Origin: Octopus sinensis
Lineage: Eukaryota
Assembly: GCF_006345805.1 (NCBI RefSeq)
Contig: NW_021831404.1
Location: 1 to 64,000, forward strand
Direction: 5' to 3'
Length of the DNA: 64,000 nt
The notes below the pieces were generated by a model. The model ran no database searches and was not told the origin of the DNA. It saw only the letters and a program-made list of their open reading frames with translations. Both the position numbers and the translations under genes were made by a program. Positions 61,886 to 64,000 of the stretch are shown one piece after another. How positions within the stretch are numbered: position 1 is the stretch's first letter; each line of letters opens with the position of its first letter.

Positions 61886-63101
61886 CTGGGAAAAAGAAAA
61901 GCCACATTAATTCCTTAACATTTAAATGGGCCAAATTTAGCCTAAATATTCTACCTGCTTTACATTCAAACTGGTACGATCCAGCCTCTTGCGCCTAGCC
62001 TGTGATGTCATTCTAAAGATAAAGAATCACATTACTGAAATCTAAAACCTACAAGATAATATATGATTAATTCAAAACAATGTGAATAAAAATAAGTATC
62101 GTTTGACAGAGTAATCCGAAAGCTAAAGGCTTGAGTCAAATATGATATCATTATTATTATTGAGTGAGAGAGCAGTGCATGCCATCAAAGTGACACTGAG
62201 GTAAAATATACGAAGCCCACTATACCCATCATGACTACCCACCTGATAAGGGTACACTAGGCACATGCATCACAACCATATGTGCGCGACATGGTGATCT
62301 CATATCAAGATAAACAGCGCATGACCTTGCAGGTGGGGCCCAGTTAGAATTTTCTTCTGGTCGAGTAACCCATCCCACTGAAAAGGTCCCTGAATAAGGG
62401 TTGTTTAAGGATGTTGAAAAAACCACCCATATTTCCAAAGGTGAATTATTCAAACCCCAAAGAATCCATCTCAACACATGGCTATGATTCTCCCCCACTA
62501 CTTCTGCTCTTGATCAAAGATGCACATATTGTCAGCCACTAAGGGACATGCTCAATTGGTTACGGTCAAACAACTGACAAGCAAATCTGTGGTATTAAGC
62601 AGAATATTTGCTGTAGCCCATCTTTTATACCAAGACAAAACAATGTACATAATAACACTTCAATACAAGATAAGAAGCCATGAGAGCCACTGTCTGGTAC
62701 TGCATCAGGGCATTCATTATTATTATTATTATTGTTATTATTATTATTATTACTGGGCCTCATGGAGGCAATGTGGGCAATGCTAGTGGCATGTATAAAG
62801 CACCTTTCAAGCAGTGGGCTTCACAGAGTCAATGACAAATGACCGAGACCTTCAGGCATTGTCATGCTTGAGAAGAAGACCCAACAAGACAAGTGAAATC
62901 ATAGTCATGGCAGAAACTGGTGGCACGCAACTGGCACCCATGCCAGTCGCAAGTAAAAGCACCCACTCTGAGTGGTTGGTATTAGGAAGGGCATCCAGCC
63001 ATAGAAACCATGCCAAATCAGACGGGCGTCAGTTATAGCCCCTCAGCTTACCAGCCCAGGTCAAACCAACCAACCCATCCAGCATGGACAACAGACGTTA
63101 A

Positions 63102-63163
<62 letters not shown>

Positions 63164-63173
63164 CGGCAGCAGT

Positions 63174-63228
<55 letters not shown>

Positions 63229-63446
63229 AGTGATTCTCAAAACTTCCTCTATGATAAACATACCTTTGTTTTTCCATGATATATGTGTAACCCCTTTTAA
63301 TAATGCATCTACAATTATATAATACGGGTACGACCCTTTCTTGTTACACATTTTCAGTCATTACATATTATATTCATATTTGACATTGCCGCAATCTCTA
63401 GTACTTGTTTTATATTAAAAATTATTCTACATTTAAAACTGTTTAA

Positions 63447-63666
63447 CCCTTTCGTTACTGTATTTATTTTGAGATGCTCTGTGTTTCTTTCCATTACTTT
63501 AAATATAACAAAGAATTTAGTAAAATAACTTAGTTATCATTCAGCTAGTGTTAGGAACATATATTGTGACTAGGGTTTGGTGGAAGATTTTAATTCAAAA
63601 CTTATAGAAACAAGACATTTGTACTTAGAGTTAGAGCCGGTTTCAGCCGGGTTGGTAACGAAAGGG
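63447..63666. mobile_element. piggyBac-type MITE, family 1
   Basis: TIRs ccctttcgttac / gtaacgaaaggg flanked by TTAA on both sides. Partial copy at 56320-56454. Confidence 0.85.
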
Positions 63667-64000
63667 TTAAAAATACAACTACATGAGCATTAATTTAGAA
63701 ACAGAAATTATTTCATATTTAAACTTGTTCTATGTATAAAATTGTTTTACAAAATAAAAAATACATTTACAACAATATAACAAGCACAACTGTTTCAAAG
63801 TTCAATAAAATGTTGTGTTGGCAAGGAGTCATTTTGATAAGAAGCTGTGTCAATAACAAGTTGTGTTAATAAAATGCCATTCAATGCAAATTCATTCAAT
63901 TATGTTTTGGTCACTGAAAAGTTGTTTCAAAGCCCAAGCCAGCTTTCTTTCTTCCAACAAAGTTTATCTAGAACTTCATTATCTAATGTGTTTCCTTTTT

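Noticed and set aside
293-63351. The many supplied ORFs rich in YI, HT, CV, poly-N/D/S/L/Y
   Set aside because: They are translations of microsatellites or SINE bodies, with no splice context or protein signature.
63264-63351. Possible upstream ZZEF1 exon ending in AAAG/gtatgt (phase 1)
   Set aside because: No convincing acceptor, and it lacks the CxxC...DLC residues expected before exon 1 of the window.
63927-63998. Minus-strand frame KGNTLDNEVLDKLCWKKESWLGL* at the window edge
   Set aside because: Too short and truncated to interpret, and not recognised.

Overview
AT-rich, repeat-dense animal genomic DNA. The tRNA-derived SINEs, RTE/CR1 LINE tails, TTAA-MITEs and microsatellite load are typical of Octopus-like coleoid cephalopods (organism is an inference). 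The main gene is the 3' part of a ZZEF1 orthologue on the minus strand. I traced 25 GT-AG exons by hand from 61885 to the stop at 18248. They total 3134 nt, every intron phase joins, and they give about 1043 aa, including tandem ZZ zinc fingers and the conserved C-terminal RESKHNY...CSTEEGCDEL...WGYKFTV block. The 5' exons lie beyond the window or were not recognised. The introns and the first 18 kb are filled with SINEs, LINE 3' fragments, Helitron-type and TIR non-autonomous elements, a Penelope-like GIY-YIG fragment and simple repeats. Most supplied ORFs are microsatellite or SINE artefacts. Most notable: (1) eight hammerhead-ribozyme-like motifs from several unrelated sequence families, mostly in foldback elements, including a near-perfect palindrome with twin intact minimal hammerheads and two U3:A8 core variants; (2) a recent ZZEF1 exon duplicate that could only be used mutually exclusively; (3) a minisatellite grown from an exon/5'-splice-site junction that contains an in-frame 36-nt candidate microexon. 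All homology statements come from my recall of the families, not from database searches.
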